DNA of 64,000 nt from Dehalococcoidia bacterium (GTDB lineage Bacteria > Chloroflexota > Dehalococcoidia > DSTF01 > JACRBR01): NCBI GenBank assembly GCA_021462855.1, contig JAJTXQ010000067.1, positions 2,860 to 66,859 on the forward strand. The letters are read 5' to 3'. Shown one piece after another: positions 56,257 through 64,000 of this stretch. The translations under genes were made by a program, and so were the position numbers. Numbering within the stretch: position 1 is the first letter of the stretch; the number at the start of each line of letters is the position of its first letter. The notes beneath the pieces were generated by a model. It searched no databases, had not been told where the DNA came from, and saw only the letters and a list, made by a program, of their open reading frames with translations.

Positions 56257-57051
56257 ATGAAGATGTTCAACGTCGGCCGGGCACACGCAGCGCTCCGCCT
56301 GCTCCTCGAGGCGGGGATCATGGTCGCGGCGTACGTCGCCTACCAGGCGGTGCGGGTGCTCGTCTCCTCGGACCCGGGCGAGGCGTTTGGCAACGGGTTT
56401 GGCGTGATCGAGACGGAGCAGCGCCTCGGGATCTTCGTTGAGCCGCGGCTGCAGTCACTCGTCGTCGAGCACGGCTGGCTGGTGGCGTTGCTCAACTGGA
56501 CGTACGTCTGGGGCTACCTGCCTGTGATCTCCGCAGCGGCGATGTACCTGTACTTGCGCGACCACGCGGCGTACACGCGCTACCGCAACGCGTTCCTTGT
56601 GTCGGGCGCGGCCGGGCTCATCGTGTTCGCGCTGATGCCGGTCGCGCCGCCGCGCATGTTCCCGGAGTTCGGATTCGTCGACACGGTCCACGCGAACTCC
56701 GTCGTGTACCGCCAGTTCCAGGGCAGCGGCATGGTCAACGAGTACGCGGCGGTGCCGAGCTTCCACTTCGGCTGGACCCTGCTGATCGGCATTGCGCTGG
56801 TGCAGACGTCGCAGCACGCGCTGACGCGGGCGCTTGCGGTGACGCTGCCGGCGGCGATGCTGGCGGCGATCGTCTTCACGGCCAACCATTACTTCATCGA
56901 TGCGCTGGCGGGCGGGATCGTTGTGCTGGGCGCGCTCGCGCTCGTCACGGCGGCCGAGCGATATGCACCGCGCGTGGCGGCGGCGCTGACGCGCTGGCAT
57001 GCGCAGCGATCAGCGCGCCCCTCATTGTTCGCCAGCGTTAACCTCCGTTAA
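56257..57051 (+). CDS. PAP2-superfamily membrane protein (inositolphosphorylceramide-synthase-like PAP2_C type)
   Basis: 264 aa with 6 TM helices and the motifs PSFHFGW and ANHYFIDA. Confidence 0.8.
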   Translation: MKMFNVGRAHAALRLLLEAGIMVAAYVAYQAVRVLVSSDPGEAFGNGFGVIETEQRLGIFVEPRLQSLVVEHGWLVALLNWTYVWGYLPVISAAAMYLYLRDHAAYTRYRNAFLVSGAAGLIVFALMPVAPPRMFPEFGFVDTVHANSVVYRQFQGSGMVNEYAAVPSFHFGWTLLIGIALVQTSQHALTRALAVTLPAAMLAAIVFTANHYFIDALAGGIVVLGALALVTAAERYAPRVAAALTRWHAQRSARPSLFASVNLR

Positions 57052-57063
57052 CCGCGCGTTAAC
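57037..57063 (+). promoter_or_regulatory. three phased GTTAAC(C) direct repeats (candidate PhoB/PhoP box) upstream of pstS
   Basis: GTTAACC at 57037, GTTAACC at 57047 and GTTAACG at 57058 (spacing 10 and 11 bp). TATCGT -10 at 57075-57080. ATG at 57089. Confidence 0.5.
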
Positions 57064-57088
57064 GCGCGAGCCCGTATCGTCCGGGTGG

Positions 57089-58090
57089 ATGAACGGCCGA
57101 AGACGATGGACCGCAGCGCCCGCAAACCGGGCGAAACGCCGCCCGGCGCTCGCGCTGGCGGCGCTGCCGCTCGCCGCCGCAACGCTGCTCGTCGCGTGCC
57201 GCGGGGGGTCGGATGACATCGCCGTCGATGGATCGAGCACCGTCGGCCCGATCACGGAGGCGATGGCCGAGGAGTTCCTGAAGCAGGCCGACCTGCGGGT
57301 CTCCGTCGGCATCTCGGGCACCGGCGGCGGGTTCGAGAAGTTGTGTCGCGGGGAGATCGACATCAACAACGCCTCGCGCCCGATTGACGAGGACGACGAG
57401 AAGGAGGGCGCGGCCTGCGCGAGGCGTGGCATCGAGTACGTCGAGTTCAAGGTTGCGCTCGACGGCCTGACCGTCGTGACGCACCCGGGCAACGACTTCG
57501 CCGCGTGCCTCACCATCTCGCAATTGCGCGCGATCTGGGACGCGGGAAGCGAGGTCGACAACTGGGCCCAGGTCGACGCGTCGTTCCCGGACCTCGGCAT
57601 GAAGCTCTACGGGCCGGGGCCGGACTCGGGCACGTTCGACTACTTCACGAAGGCCGTCAACGGGACGACGGACCAGAGCCGCTCTGACTACACCGCGAGC
57701 GAGGACGACTACGTGCTCGTGCAAGGCGTCGAGCACGACGCCGGCGCGCTCGGCTACTTCGGCTTTGCCTATTACCAGGGCGAAGGCTCCGGCCTGAACG
57801 GCGTGGCGGTCAAGCGCGACATCGACAAGAACGGCGAGCCGGTCGAGGGCGCCGCGTGCGTGTCGCCGACGGTGGATTCGATCAACGACGGAACGTATCC
57901 GCTCGCCCGGCCGCTGTTCCTCTACGTCACGAGGGACGCGCTCGCCGATGCGGACGTGCGGGCGTTCGTCGAGTTCTACCTCACGCACCCGCAGTACGTG
58001 ACCGACGTCGGCTTCGTGCCGCTGCCGGAAGAGGAGTACCGCGCGCAACTGGACCTGCTCCATGACGTATCCCCGGGCGGTGAGCGCTGA
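57089..58090 (+). CDS. pstS: phosphate ABC transporter substrate-binding lipoprotein
   Basis: Lipobox LLVAC, with DGSSTVGPITEAMAEEF, ISGTGGGFEKLCRGEIDINNASRP and GALGYFGFAYY. Confidence 0.9.
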   Translation: MNGRRRWTAAPANRAKRRPALALAALPLAAATLLVACRGGSDDIAVDGSSTVGPITEAMAEEFLKQADLRVSVGISGTGGGFEKLCRGEIDINNASRPIDEDDEKEGAACARRGIEYVEFKVALDGLTVVTHPGNDFAACLTISQLRAIWDAGSEVDNWAQVDASFPDLGMKLYGPGPDSGTFDYFTKAVNGTTDQSRSDYTASEDDYVLVQGVEHDAGALGYFGFAYYQGEGSGLNGVAVKRDIDKNGEPVEGAACVSPTVDSINDGTYPLARPLFLYVTRDALADADVRAFVEFYLTHPQYVTDVGFVPLPEEEYRAQLDLLHDVSPGGER

Positions 58091-59037
58091 TGGCGGCGCG
58101 CATGAGGGGGCGGCAACCGCACGCTGAGCATCCGTTCTCGATCGCCGGCGGCCGCACGCGGTACACCGGCGAGTACGCCATCCAGGCGCTGCTGTTTGGC
58201 TGTGCGGCGCTCTCGGTCGTGACGACGTTCGCGATCATCTGGGTGCTGGCGCAGGAGACGTTCGGCTTCTTCCGCGATGTGTCGATCGTGGACTACGCGT
58301 TCGGCACGCACTGGTCGGCGCTGATCGAGCCGCGCAGCTTCGGCGTGCTGCCGCTGATGTGGGGAACGGTGCTGGTCGCCGGGATCGCCGGCGCGATCGC
58401 GCTGCCGATCGGGCTCGGCGCGGCGGTGTACCTCAGCGAGTACGCGAGCCCGCGCCTGCGGTCGATCCTCAAACCGACGCTCGAGGTGCTCGCCGGCATC
58501 CCGACGATCGTGTACGGCTACTTCGCCGTGAACTGGGTGACGCCGCAGCTGCAGAGCGTGCTCGGCGACCGCGTACAGTTCTTCAACGCACTCAGCGCGG
58601 GCATCGTCGTCGGGATCATGGTGGTCCCGATGATCTCGTCGCTGAGCGAAGACGCGATGCACGCCGTGCCGGACAACCTGCGCGAGGGCGCGTACGGTCT
58701 CGGCGGCACGAAGCTCGACGTGTCGGTGCGCGTGGTGGTGCCGGCGGCGCTCTCGGGCATCGTCGCATCGTTCATCCTCGCCATCTCGCGTGCGATCGGC
58801 GAGACGATGGCCGTGGTGCTGGCCGCCGGTGCGACGCCGAACCTGAGCCTGAACCCGTTGGAGAGCTTCCAGACGATGACCGCGTTCATCGTCGCCGTGG
58901 CGCTTGGCGACGTGTCCGCGGGGAGCACTGAATACAGGGCGTTGTTCGCCGTGGCGATGACGCTGTTCCTCATGACGCTGGCGATGAACATCGTGAGCCA
59001 GCTGGTGCTGGCGAAGTTCAGGAACGTGTACGAGTGA
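58090..59037 (+). CDS. pstC: phosphate ABC transporter permease PstC
   Basis: 315 aa with 6 TM helices and the EAA-like loop [26 protein letters not shown]. Confidence 0.93.
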   Translation: MAARMRGRQPHAEHPFSIAGGRTRYTGEYAIQALLFGCAALSVVTTFAIIWVLAQETFGFFRDVSIVDYAFGTHWSALIEPRSFGVLPLMWGTVLVAGIAGAIALPIGLGAAVYLSEYASPRLRSILKPTLEVLAGIPTIVYGYFAVNWVTPQLQSVLGDRVQFFNALSAGIVVGIMVVPMISSLSEDAMHAVPDNLREGAYGLGGTKLDVSVRVVVPAALSGIVASFILAISRAIGETMAVVLAAGATPNLSLNPLESFQTMTAFIVAVALGDVSAGSTEYRALFAVAMTLFLMTLAMNIVSQLVLAKFRNVYE

Positions 59038-59921
59038 GCGCGGAACAGCTTCAGCTCAGCGGCGGCGCGCGGACGTCGTTCAAACGGTGGCAGGGGCGCG
59101 CGTTCGCTGCGCTGGCGTTCGCCTGCACGCTCGTCGGCGTGCTGTCACTCGCCGTGCTGATGTACGAAGTGCTGTCGGAGGGCGCCACGCGCCTCGACAT
59201 CGCGTTTCTCCGCGACCTGCCGTCGCGCTTCCCGGAACAGGCAGGCTTCTATCCGGCGATCATGGGCAGCCTGTGGGTGATGGGGCTGACGGCGCTGCTC
59301 GCCATCCCGATCGGCATGGGCGCGGCGATCTACCTGGAGCTGTACGCCGGGCGAAACTGGCTGACGCGCATCATTCAGATCAACATCGCGAACCTCGCGG
59401 GCGTGCCGTCGATCATCTACGGCATCCTCGGCCTGGCGGTCTTCGTGCGGGCGATGGAGTTCGAGCGTTCGGTCCTGGCGGGCGCGCTGACGATGGCGTT
59501 GCTCGTGCTGCCCGTCGTCATCATCGCGTCGCAGGAGGCGCTGCGGGCGGTGCCGCCGTCGCTGCGGGACGGGGCGCTCGCCCTGGGCGCGACGCGCTGG
59601 CAGACGATCCGGGGGCAGGTCCTGCCGGTCGCCTTCCCCGGGATGCTCACGGGCGTCATTCTCGCGCTCTCGCGGGCGATCGGCGAGACGGCGCCGCTGA
59701 TCATGGTTGGCGCGTTCCAGTACATCCCGTTCGCGCCCGACGGCGTCTTTTCACGGTTCACGGTCATGCCGGTGCAGATCTTCACCTGGTCGGCGCGGCC
59801 GCAGGCTGCGTTCCGCGAGACGGCCGCCGCGGGCATCATCGTGCTGCTCGCGCTCTTGCTGACGCTGAACTCGGTGGCGATCTACCTGCGAAACCGGTAC
59901 CAGAGGAAGGTAAAATGGTGA
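59034..59921 (+). CDS. pstA: phosphate ABC transporter permease PstA
   Basis: 295 aa with [30 protein letters not shown] overlap with pstC. Confidence 0.93.
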   Translation: MSAEQLQLSGGARTSFKRWQGRAFAALAFACTLVGVLSLAVLMYEVLSEGATRLDIAFLRDLPSRFPEQAGFYPAIMGSLWVMGLTALLAIPIGMGAAIYLELYAGRNWLTRIIQINIANLAGVPSIIYGILGLAVFVRAMEFERSVLAGALTMALLVLPVVIIASQEALRAVPPSLRDGALALGATRWQTIRGQVLPVAFPGMLTGVILALSRAIGETAPLIMVGAFQYIPFAPDGVFSRFTVMPVQIFTWSARPQAAFRETAAAGIIVLLALLLTLNSVAIYLRNRYQRKVKW

Positions 59922-60781
59922 TCGATGTGACAAATCGCCCCGACCACGGCCTGGCAGACCGTATCGCCGCGCACGCCGAGACGCCGCCGCTGCACGAACG
60001 CATCGCCGACATCGCCGGCCCCGTCGTGATCGAGATGGACGGCCTGTCCGCGTACTACGGCGGATTCCGCGCGCTCCACGACGTTTCGTTTCGCATCCCC
60101 GAGCGCAAGATCACGGCGCTCATCGGACCCTCGGGCTGCGGAAAGAGCACGCTGCTCCGTTGCATGAACCGCATGAACGACCTGGTGCACGGCTTCCGCA
60201 TCGACGGGTCGATGAGGTACCGCGGACAGGATCTGTACGCGAAGGGCGTCGACGTCGTCGAGGTGCGGCGGCGCATCGGCATGGTGTTCCAGAAGCCGAA
60301 CCCGTTTCCGAAGTCGATCATCGATAACATCGCGTTCGGTCCGCGAGTCAACGGCATCAAGGGCAACACGATGGAGATCGTCGAACGGTCGCTGCGCGCG
60401 GCGGCGCTCTGGGACGACGTGAAGGATAAGCTGCATCAATCCGGGCTCGCGCTCTCGGGCGGGCAGCAGCAGCGCCTGTGCATCGCCCGCGCGCTCGCGG
60501 TGCAGCCGGACGTGATCCTCATGGACGAGCCGTGCAGCGCGCTCGACCCGATCGCGACGCTCAAGATCGAGGACCTGATGCGCGAGCTGGCCGAGCAGTA
60601 CACGATCGTCATCGTGACGCACAACATGCAGCAGGCCGCGCGCGTCGCCGATTACACCGCGTTTATGATGATGCGGCCGGATCGCGCGGGTGAGCTCGTT
60701 GAATTCGGGGACACCGACACGCTCTTCACGACCCCGCGGGACAGGCGGACCGAGGACTACATCACCGGCCGGTTCGGATAG
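59915..60781 (+). CDS. pstB: phosphate ABC transporter ATP-binding protein
   Basis: 288 aa with Walker [10 protein letters not shown], signature LSGGQQQRL and Walker B ILMDEP. Confidence 0.95.
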   Translation: MVIDVTNRPDHGLADRIAAHAETPPLHERIADIAGPVVIEMDGLSAYYGGFRALHDVSFRIPERKITALIGPSGCGKSTLLRCMNRMNDLVHGFRIDGSMRYRGQDLYAKGVDVVEVRRRIGMVFQKPNPFPKSIIDNIAFGPRVNGIKGNTMEIVERSLRAAALWDDVKDKLHQSGLALSGGQQQRLCIARALAVQPDVILMDEPCSALDPIATLKIEDLMRELAEQYTIVIVTHNMQQAARVADYTAFMMMRPDRAGELVEFGDTDTLFTTPRDRRTEDYITGRFG

Positions 60782-60793
60782 GGGACGTAACGC

Positions 60794-61459
60794 ATGCCGA
60801 GAGAGCAATTCGACCGCAAGCTCCGCGAGATCCACGATGACGTGCTGATCATGTCCAGCATGGTCGAGAAGGCGATCCAGCGTGCCGTCGACGCGCTGCG
60901 CAACCGCGACGAGCGGACGTCGAACGCGATCATCAGCGACGACCTGGCGATTAACGCGAAGCGCTACGAGATCGAGGAGCTCTGCATACACACGATCGCG
61001 CTGCAGGCGCCGATGGCGGCGGACCTGCGCAACCTCGTCGCCGTGCTGTTCATAGCATCGGAGCTTGAACGCATGGCCGATCATGCGGAGGGGATCGCGC
61101 GCATCACCCTGATGCTCGGCGACGAGCCGCTGCCGCGCCCGCTCGCGGAGATCTCGGAGATGGGGACGCGCACCGTCGACATGCTGCGGCGGGCGATGAC
61201 GGCGTTCGTCGAGCGCGACGACCAGGCCGCGCGCGCGATCTGCGACGAAGACGACGTCATCGACACCCTGTACGACACGGCGTACCATGCGATCATCCAG
61301 GAGATGATCAGGAACCCGGCCGACGTGCAACGCCTCACGTACATGATCTGGACGTCGCACAACCTCGAGCGAATCGCCGACCGCGTGACGAACATCTGCG
61401 AGCGCGTGATCTTCATGGTCACGGGGCAGCTCGAAGAGATCAACGTTTCCCGCTACTAG
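60794..61459 (+). CDS. phoU: phosphate signalling complex protein PhoU
   Basis: 221 aa with two PhoU repeats (ELERMADHAEGIA / NLERIADRVTNICE). Confidence 0.93.
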   Translation: MPREQFDRKLREIHDDVLIMSSMVEKAIQRAVDALRNRDERTSNAIISDDLAINAKRYEIEELCIHTIALQAPMAADLRNLVAVLFIASELERMADHAEGIARITLMLGDEPLPRPLAEISEMGTRTVDMLRRAMTAFVERDDQAARAICDEDDVIDTLYDTAYHAIIQEMIRNPADVQRLTYMIWTSHNLERIADRVTNICERVIFMVTGQLEEINVSRY

Positions 61460-61468
61460 CGAGGGCGT

Positions 61469-62188
61469 GTGACGAGCGGCGCCTCTACGGAAGCAGCGGC
61501 CGGCGCGACGACGGTGCTCGTCATCGAGGACGAGGCGACGCTCGTCGCGTCGCTCGCGTACAACTTCCGCAAGCACGGCTACACCGTCGTGACCGCGACG
61601 GACGGCGTCGAGGGGCTGCAGGCGGCCCGCCGCGTGCGGCCCGACGTCGTCGTGCTCGACCTGATGCTGCCGCGGATGGACGGAATGGAAGTGTGCCGCC
61701 GCCTGCGCGCGGACTCCGACGTGCCGATCCTCATGCTCACGGCGAAGGGCGAAGAGTTCGACCGTGTCATGGGCCTGGAAATGGGCGCGGACGACTACCT
61801 GACCAAGCCGTTCAGCATGCGCGAGCTGATCGCGCGGGTGCGCGCGCTGCTGCGCCGGGCAGCGCCGCGCGCGACCGCCCGAGAAGACGCGCTGATCGAG
61901 GCTGGCGCCATGGCGATCGACCCGCGCGGACGCACCGTCCGCAACGCCGGCGCCGAAGTCGCGGTCAAGCCCAAGGAGTTCGACCTGCTGCTGTTTCTGG
62001 CGCGGAACGCCGGGAAGGCGTTTACGCGCGAGCAACTGCTCGAACGGGTTTGGGGCTACCAGTTCTTCGGCGGCAGCCGCACCGTCGATGTGCACATGCG
62101 CTGGCTGCGTGAGAAACTGGAGGATGATCCGGCACACCCGCAGCATCTCCTGACCGTGCGAGGCGTTGGCTACAAGTTCGTCCTCTAG
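61469..62188 (+). CDS. phoB: OmpR-family response regulator (PhoB/PhoP type)
   Basis: 239 aa with a receiver domain (VLVIEDE...DLMLPRMDG...LTAK) and a winged-helix domain (LTVRGVGYKFV). Confidence 0.9.
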   Translation: MTSGASTEAAAGATTVLVIEDEATLVASLAYNFRKHGYTVVTATDGVEGLQAARRVRPDVVVLDLMLPRMDGMEVCRRLRADSDVPILMLTAKGEEFDRVMGLEMGADDYLTKPFSMRELIARVRALLRRAAPRATAREDALIEAGAMAIDPRGRTVRNAGAEVAVKPKEFDLLLFLARNAGKAFTREQLLERVWGYQFFGGSRTVDVHMRWLREKLEDDPAHPQHLLTVRGVGYKFVL

Positions 62189-63536
62189 CCGGCAGTCGCT
62201 CCCGCGGGGCGTCGTCATCGCCGTGGCGATCGTGTACGTCGCCGTGGTGGGCGTCGTCGACCTGATCGTCGGCCTGACGATCGGGCACGCGGCGTGGCAG
62301 GTGGCGCTCGCGGTCGGTGCGAGCACGGTCGCTGTGACGCTGCTGACCGTGGTGCTCGTCTGGCCGCGCCTGCGTCAGCTCGAAGCGGCGACGAATGTCG
62401 CGCGCGCGCTCGCCGAGGGTCGCTTCGATGAGCGGGCGGAGGGCGACGACCCGCAGTTCGGCTCGCTCGCCGCCGCGCTGAACGCCGCCGGCGAGCGACT
62501 CGGGCGGATGGTCGATGCGCTGCGGCTCGAACGGGCGCAGCTGGAGGCGCTGCTCAACGCCAGCAGCGATGCGACGGTCGCCGTCGACCGCGGCGGCGCC
62601 ATCGTCTACATGAACGAGGCGGCGGCGCAGATGTTCGGGGCGGCGCGCCAGGAGGCCGGGCGCGCGTTCATCGAGGTCGTGCGCGACCACGATCTGAACG
62701 CGCTGCTGGCGGCGGCGGCCCAGCGCGGAGAGCGCAGCGTGCGCGTGGTGACATACGGACCGGCGCAGCGGTGGCTGCAGGCGACCGCGGTGCCCATTAC
62801 CGGCGGAGGCGGCTGGGCCGCGCTCGCCGTGTTCCACGACCTGACCGAAGTGCGGCGGCTCGACAGCGTGCGCCGGGACTTCATCAGCAACGTGTCGCAT
62901 GAGCTGCGCACGCCGCTCGCGGGCATCCGCGCGGCGGCCGAGACGCTGCAGGAGGGCGCGCTGCGCGAGCCCGTTGCCGCGGCCGAGTTCCTCGGTCACA
63001 TTCAGCGCGAGGCCGACCGCATGACGCAACTGGTCGAAGAGCTGCTCGAATTGTCCCGCATCGAGTCCGGCGCCGCGCCGATGCGCTTTGCGAGCGTCGA
63101 CGCGGGCGCGCTCGTGCGCGACACGGTCGAGCGCTTCACGCGGCAGGCCGAGCGCGCCGGCATCGCGCTGCGCGCGACCGTGCCCGATGCGCCGCTGCAC
63201 GTCGCCGGCGACGCCGAGCGGCTGGACCAGGCGCTGGGCAATCTCGTCGCCAACGCGATCAAGTTCACGCTCGCCGGCGGCGAGGTCGAGGTGACGGCGG
63301 CCGGCACCGGCGGACAGATCATGCTGAGTGTGCGTGACACCGGGATCGGCATTGAACGCGAGCAGCAGGGGCGCGTGTTCGAGCGGTTCTACAAGGCCGA
63401 CCAGGGGCGGGGCGGCGGCACAGGCCTCGGCCTGGCGATCGTGAAGCACATCGTGCTCGCCCACGAAGGCTCCGTATCCGTGGAGAGCCGCCCCGGCCAC
63501 GGGTCGACGTTCACGATGGTTCTGCCGCGCGGCTGA
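62166..63536 (+). CDS. phoR: phosphate-regulon sensor histidine kinase (PhoR type)
   Basis: Two TM helices, a PAS-like region, H-box SHELRTPL and N/G boxes (NAIKFT, DTGIGI, GTGLGLAI). The TTG start at 62166 is uncertain. Confidence 0.88.
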   Translation: MATSSSSSRQSLPRGVVIAVAIVYVAVVGVVDLIVGLTIGHAAWQVALAVGASTVAVTLLTVVLVWPRLRQLEAATNVARALAEGRFDERAEGDDPQFGSLAAALNAAGERLGRMVDALRLERAQLEALLNASSDATVAVDRGGAIVYMNEAAAQMFGAARQEAGRAFIEVVRDHDLNALLAAAAQRGERSVRVVTYGPAQRWLQATAVPITGGGGWAALAVFHDLTEVRRLDSVRRDFISNVSHELRTPLAGIRAAAETLQEGALREPVAAAEFLGHIQREADRMTQLVEELLELSRIESGAAPMRFASVDAGALVRDTVERFTRQAERAGIALRATVPDAPLHVAGDAERLDQALGNLVANAIKFTLAGGEVEVTAAGTGGQIMLSVRDTGIGIEREQQGRVFERFYKADQGRGGGTGLGLAIVKHIVLAHEGSVSVESRPGHGSTFTMVLPRG

Positions 63537-63801
63537 CCTTCGCGGCGAGCCGCGCGCGGACCTCCGGCTCACCCAACCCGCTGATCTCGACGACCTTGTT
63601 CCGGCCACGCGCGCCCGACACGATATCGATCGACGACGGCGGCACGCGGAGGGCGCCCGCGAGGAGCCGCACGAGCGCGGCGTTCGCGCGGCTGCCGGCC
63701 GGCGGCGCCGAGACGCGCGCGTGCACAGTGCCGTCGGGGTCGACGCGGTCGATGGCGTCGGCGCCGCCGCGTGGCGTCAGGCGGACGGCCAGGCGTGCCA
63801 T
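63511..63801 (-). CDS. DUF167 (YggU) family protein
   Basis: 96 aa: MARLAVRLTPRGGADAI...PPAGSRANAALVRLLAGALRVPPSSIDIVSGARGRNKVVEI. Its 3' end overlaps phoR by 26 nt (convergent). Confidence 0.8.
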   Translation of the reverse strand: MARLAVRLTPRGGADAIDRVDPDGTVHARVSAPPAGSRANAALVRLLAGALRVPPSSIDIVSGARGRNKVVEISGLGEPEVRARLAAKVSRAAEPS

Positions 63802-64000
63802 CAGAGCGGGCGGCGCATGCCGTGTACCGACTCGCCGAACAGCGCCCGGCGCGGCACGATGAAGCGGTACTGCCAGCAGTGGCGGGGAGCCTCCTCCCAC
63901 TCGTCGTCGGCGATCTCGCCGTAGCCGAGTCGCTGCCAGAACGGCAGCGCGTCTTCGGTGAACAGGTACACGACGCGGGCGCCGTATGCGCGGGCGTCGT
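63801..64000 (-). CDS. GNAT-like acetyltransferase, C-terminal part only (gene enters from right edge)
   Basis: Absent from the ORF track. The minus-strand frame reads ...ARAYGARVVYLFTEDALPFWQRLGYGEIADDEWEEAPRHCWQYRFIVPRRALFGESVHGMRRPL-stop. The stop TGA overlaps the DUF167 ATG by 1 nt (TGATG). Confidence 0.5.
   Translation of the reverse strand, partial: DARAYGARVVYLFTEDALPFWQRLGYGEIADDEWEEAPRHCWQYRFIVPRRALFGESVHGMRRPL

Noticed and set aside
57053-57068. Perfect 16-bp palindrome CGCGCGTTAACGCGCG, considered as a terminator of the PAP2-like gene.
   Set aside because: A 6-bp stem with a 4-nt loop and no U-tract makes a weak terminator. The palindrome is created by the third GTTAAC unit of a phased triple repeat, so the Pho-box reading explains more of the sequence. 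The terminator function is not excluded.

Overview
This is a GC-rich bacterial chromosomal segment, roughly two-thirds to 70% G+C by eye (not computed). It is very gene-dense: I count about 62 protein-coding genes, many joined by ATGA/GTGA start-stop overlaps. I could not recognise any rRNA, tRNA, CRISPR array, transposase, integrase or phage module, so this reads as core genome rather than an accessory island.

Content from left to right:
- hisS, then a ribbon-helix-helix (RHH) gene coupled to a long Rel/SpoT, then a universal stress protein (Usp).
- comM.
- A small acyl-CoA cluster: enoyl-CoA hydratase, tesB and an acyl-CoA dehydrogenase.
- A GGDEF-GAF-HD-GYP protein.
- A prfA operon.
- polA.
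- A P450 / LLM (luciferase-like monooxygenase) / nitroreductase / sulfotransferase group.
- NfeD plus an MFS transporter.
- A his operon: hisZ, hisG, an unknown gene, hisD, hisC, hisB.
- An orphan diiron ferritin-like gene.
- A purine block: guaA, purD, purE, purB, purC, purS.
- tsaC, a polyprenyl synthase, pgk, rplY, rlmN.
- A decaprenyl-phosphate phosphoribosyltransferase-like UbiA enzyme, pccB, an amidase, ruvA, two SDRs (short-chain dehydrogenases/reductases).
- A complete pstSCAB-phoU-phoB/P-phoR phosphate module.

The lineage cannot be fixed from sequence alone. Leaderless promoters, F420/LLM-type enzymes and GTTAACC-type Pho boxes fit an actinobacterial or Chloroflexota-like organism.

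I did not find a clear-cut new defence or mobile system. The most unusual items I can support are:
1. A hisG that is an internal tandem duplication, with only the second copy keeping the PRPP (phosphoribosyl pyrophosphate)-loop motif. It is still paired with hisZ.
2. An uncharacterised His/Asp-rich, Zn-phospholipase-C-like hydrolase gene wedged between hisG and hisD by coupled junctions. It is a candidate for the histidinol-phosphate phosphatase step that is missing from this window.
3. An antitoxin-like RHH gene translationally coupled to a full-length Rel enzyme, with 16-bp phased repeats upstream.
4. A near-consensus sigma70 promoter with an AT-rich 7-4-7 palindrome over its -10 element, driving the orphan diiron protein.
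5. Pervasive leaderless-type TAnnnT-N6-8-ATG gene starts.
6. Polytopic membrane proteins embedded in the purine operon.
7. A decayed methyltransferase relic at the point where purQ/purL would be expected.

All functional calls come from motif recognition by eye. No database search was run.
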